IMG/VR virus record: IMGVR_UViG_3300020042_001009
Location: 1-25,969 of that record
Origin: a virus
Lineage: Duplodnaviria; Caudoviricetes
Reading direction: 5' to 3' (one strand)
Length of the DNA stretch: 25,969 nucleotides
Below are positions 24,289 through 25,969 of the stretch, one piece after another. The number at the start of each line of letters is the position of its first letter. Within the stretch, counting starts at the first letter, position 1. Below the pieces are notes generated by a model. The model was not told the DNA's origin. It searched no databases and was given only the letters and a program-made list of their open reading frames with translations. A program made the position numbers and the translations under genes.

Positions 24289-25382
24289 GTGTCGATTAGA
24301 TCCTCTTCTTCGCGAATCTCTTGAACGCTCATTGCGCCAATACGATTCAGGATTTCGTAAACCTGAGCGCGCTCCAAAGGATTACCGCGCAGGTATTCGT
24401 CTAGCGAGTAACGGATTTCATTGCCTTGACCGACAAAATCCGGCATTGATAAACGCTGCTCAATAGCCACAAGCAAATTGCGTCCACCAAAATCAATAAG
24501 TGAGCGACGTTCAGCAGTCGCGTTTGAGTATGTCATTGATGTTGTTTCAGCGCTTGCAAAGTATGCAGGCAAACCGATTGCACGACATAACTCCAGCGCT
24601 ACATATTGACGCGCCTCATTTAGTTGCAGTTTGTTTGGATCAATTCCCATTGCCTGCAATTCAACATCAGCATTTAGAAATGCGGTTGATCGTGTACTGC
24701 GGGCAACGCGCCAGGCTTCAAGCAATTTGCCAATACGCTCGCTAGTAAGATTTGTTCCGTTTGACTTTAGAACCATCATTGGTACTGGCTCTTTTGCAAA
24801 AGCCTCTGATGCGTTTTCTAAGGCAATAGCTGCTCTAATTGTGCGACCTGCGCGAGATAGAAAACCTTCATCCAAACCATTAAACACGACAAGAGATCCA
24901 ACGCCCATTGTTGGCACGTCGTATCCATCAACTCTGAAACCAACGATCTCAGTTTGTGCGCTGTTGAGAGTTTCAGTTACGCGTTCTGGTGCAACGCGTG
25001 TCCATTCTTGGATTCGTCCATCTGCATACATCGACATAACTTGTCCATAAGCCACGCCGTGAAATAGTAGATCCTCAGCAATAAATGCGTAAATAGTAGA
25101 ACCGGGAACGCGCGAATCAGGTTGGTTTATTACTCGATTGGGTTCGACGTGTGCGCCGGTACTTTTAATGTATTGCTCTAGTGGCAAAGTGGCAAGGCTG
25201 CAAAGGATATTGCGCGCTCTTGCGATTGTTGGAATTGCCATCGCTTGCGCGCGGGTTGCAGATCCCAAAGTGCCGAACATATTGCCGACGGTTGAGATAT
25301 TGAAAGGTGCTGGAGTCGCAGCTGCGTCTACCGTAATTGTCATCGGTTCAGGAGCCTTCGCGAACAAATCTCTGAGTGCCAT
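24285..25382 (-). CDS. Portal protein (copy B)
   Basis: Homolog of 1189-2283. Confidence 0.9.
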   Translation of the reverse strand: MALRDLFAKAPEPMTITVDAAATPAPFNISTVGNMFGTLGSATRAQAMAIPTIARARNILCSLATLPLEQYIKSTGAHVEPNRVINQPDSRVPGSTIYAFIAEDLLFHGVAYGQVMSMYADGRIQEWTRVAPERVTETLNSAQTEIVGFRVDGYDVPTMGVGSLVVFNGLDEGFLSRAGRTIRAAIALENASEAFAKEPVPMMVLKSNGTNLTSERIGKLLEAWRVARSTRSTAFLNADVELQAMGIDPNKLQLNEARQYVALELCRAIGLPAYFASAETTSMTYSNATAERRSLIDFGGRNLLVAIEQRLSMPDFVGQGNEIRYSLDEYLRGNPLERAQVYEILNRIGAMSVQEIREEEDLIDT

Positions 25383-25391
25383 TAGCATAAA

Positions 25392-25400
25392 ATTATAGCA
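25392..25400 (-). promoter_or_regulatory. Extended -10 promoter TGcTATAAT (copy B)
   Basis: Positional and sequence match to 1171-1179. Confidence 0.7.
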
Positions 25401-25403
25401 TAA

Positions 25404-25969
25404 TCAACCCAACACGATATCCACTTCTGTATCTGGTCGTGTCGCAAAGTGACTAACCATTGCCATTCCAACTGTGGCGCAAATTGTGGCTGCGCTGGCT
25501 TTTCGTCCAAGGTACCAACCGCCATCTTTAAAAGGCAGCTTAACCGCCGATAGCACTTGCTTATTTAACTCGGCTTGATCGCCATGAACTAAACGCTGGG
25601 AGGTAATAGCCGACAACATTTCATCGCAGGCTTGCCCGTAGATCGCTCCATCGATGGCAGTTGTTGAAATGCCGGCAGGAGCCAATCGAGAAGCAACTGC
25701 GCCAGCCGTCTGACGACTATAAGCGACCGTCTCCACGCTATATCGCTTAGTCCAAACGGCGATACTGTTCGCTAGGTCTTTATCGTCAATCGATACTGGA
25801 TTCGAATACGTTTCCAGTAATACAACGCAGAACTTGTCCCCAACAAGCCGTTGCGCTGCAACTAACGCAGCTGCTTTTCGATCTGGTGATAGATCAATCG
25901 CCATCCAAGTTGGTTGCTCCCGATCCAAAGCGAGCGTACCCTCAGACGCGCACTCTGTCCAACTTGACG
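25404..25969 (-). CDS. terL: Terminase large subunit C-terminal half (copy B, truncated by the window edge)
   Basis: Homolog of 602-1167. Confidence 0.9.
   Translation of the reverse strand, partial: SSWTECASEGTLALDREQPTWMAIDLSPDRKAAALVAAQRLVGDKFCVVLLETYSNPVSIDDKDLANSIAVWTKRYSVETVAYSRQTAGAVASRLAPAGISTTAIDGAIYGQACDEMLSAITSQRLVHGDQAELNKQVLSAVKLPFKDGGWYLGRKASAATICATVGMAMVSHFATRPDTEVDIVLG
25849..25969. repeat. 121-bp exact inverted match to 602-722 at the window end
   Basis: Base-by-base comparison; first mismatch at 723 / 25848. Confidence 0.9.

Larger units (their letters stand above)
14705..25969 (-). mobile_element. Sister phage genome, copy B (mid-terminase to phosphoesterase), inverted relative to copy A
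   Basis: Gene-for-gene synteny with 602-11443 on the opposite strand, with many synonymous changes and swapped modules. Confidence 0.95.

Noticed and set aside
602-25969. Large inverted repeat read as terminal inverted repeats, an invertible element or a perfect palindrome artefact
   Set aside because: Arms are diverged genomes with swapped modules, both junction genes are broken, and no recombinase or att site is present
1-25969. tRNA, rRNA, CRISPR array, intron/intein, alternative genetic code
   Set aside because: No cloverleaf, repeat-spacer array or interrupted genes seen; all three stop codons end genes normally

Overview
The window is entirely phage DNA: two related but non-identical genomes of a very small siphovirus-type actinophage, joined tail-to-tail. 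Copy A (1-~14710, + strand) is nearly complete. It runs from a 5'-truncated terminase large subunit through portal, fused prohead protease-major capsid protein, neck/tail genes (tail chaperone with a -1 frameshift, short tape measure, receptor-binding protein) and lysis genes. It then has a calcineurin-like phosphoesterase, a small early region (DUF6378, Rad52/Sak-like annealing protein, Holliday-junction-resolvase-like nuclease, several tiny Zn-finger proteins), an SLT-like transglycosylase and a truncated HNH. Copy B (~14705-25969, - strand) is a sister genome from mid-terminase to the phosphoesterase. The junction truncates two genes at a 6-bp microhomology, and the window ends on a 121-bp exact match to copy A, so the fusion is most likely an amplification/assembly chimera. 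The pair still gives a built-in comparative alignment. The most interesting signals are: (i) a conserved hairpin after the capsid gene whose loop and 3' arm are complementary to the ribosome-binding regions of several genes and to a 14-nt site in terL, a candidate RNA-based translational control element; (ii) a conserved internal start that would release the capsid protein from the protease fusion; (iii) a ~15.5 kb genome with no visible replication, integration or repressor genes; (iv) swapped capsid-surface, receptor-binding and holin modules around an almost invariant phosphoesterase. All product calls come from motif recognition and synteny; no database searches were run.
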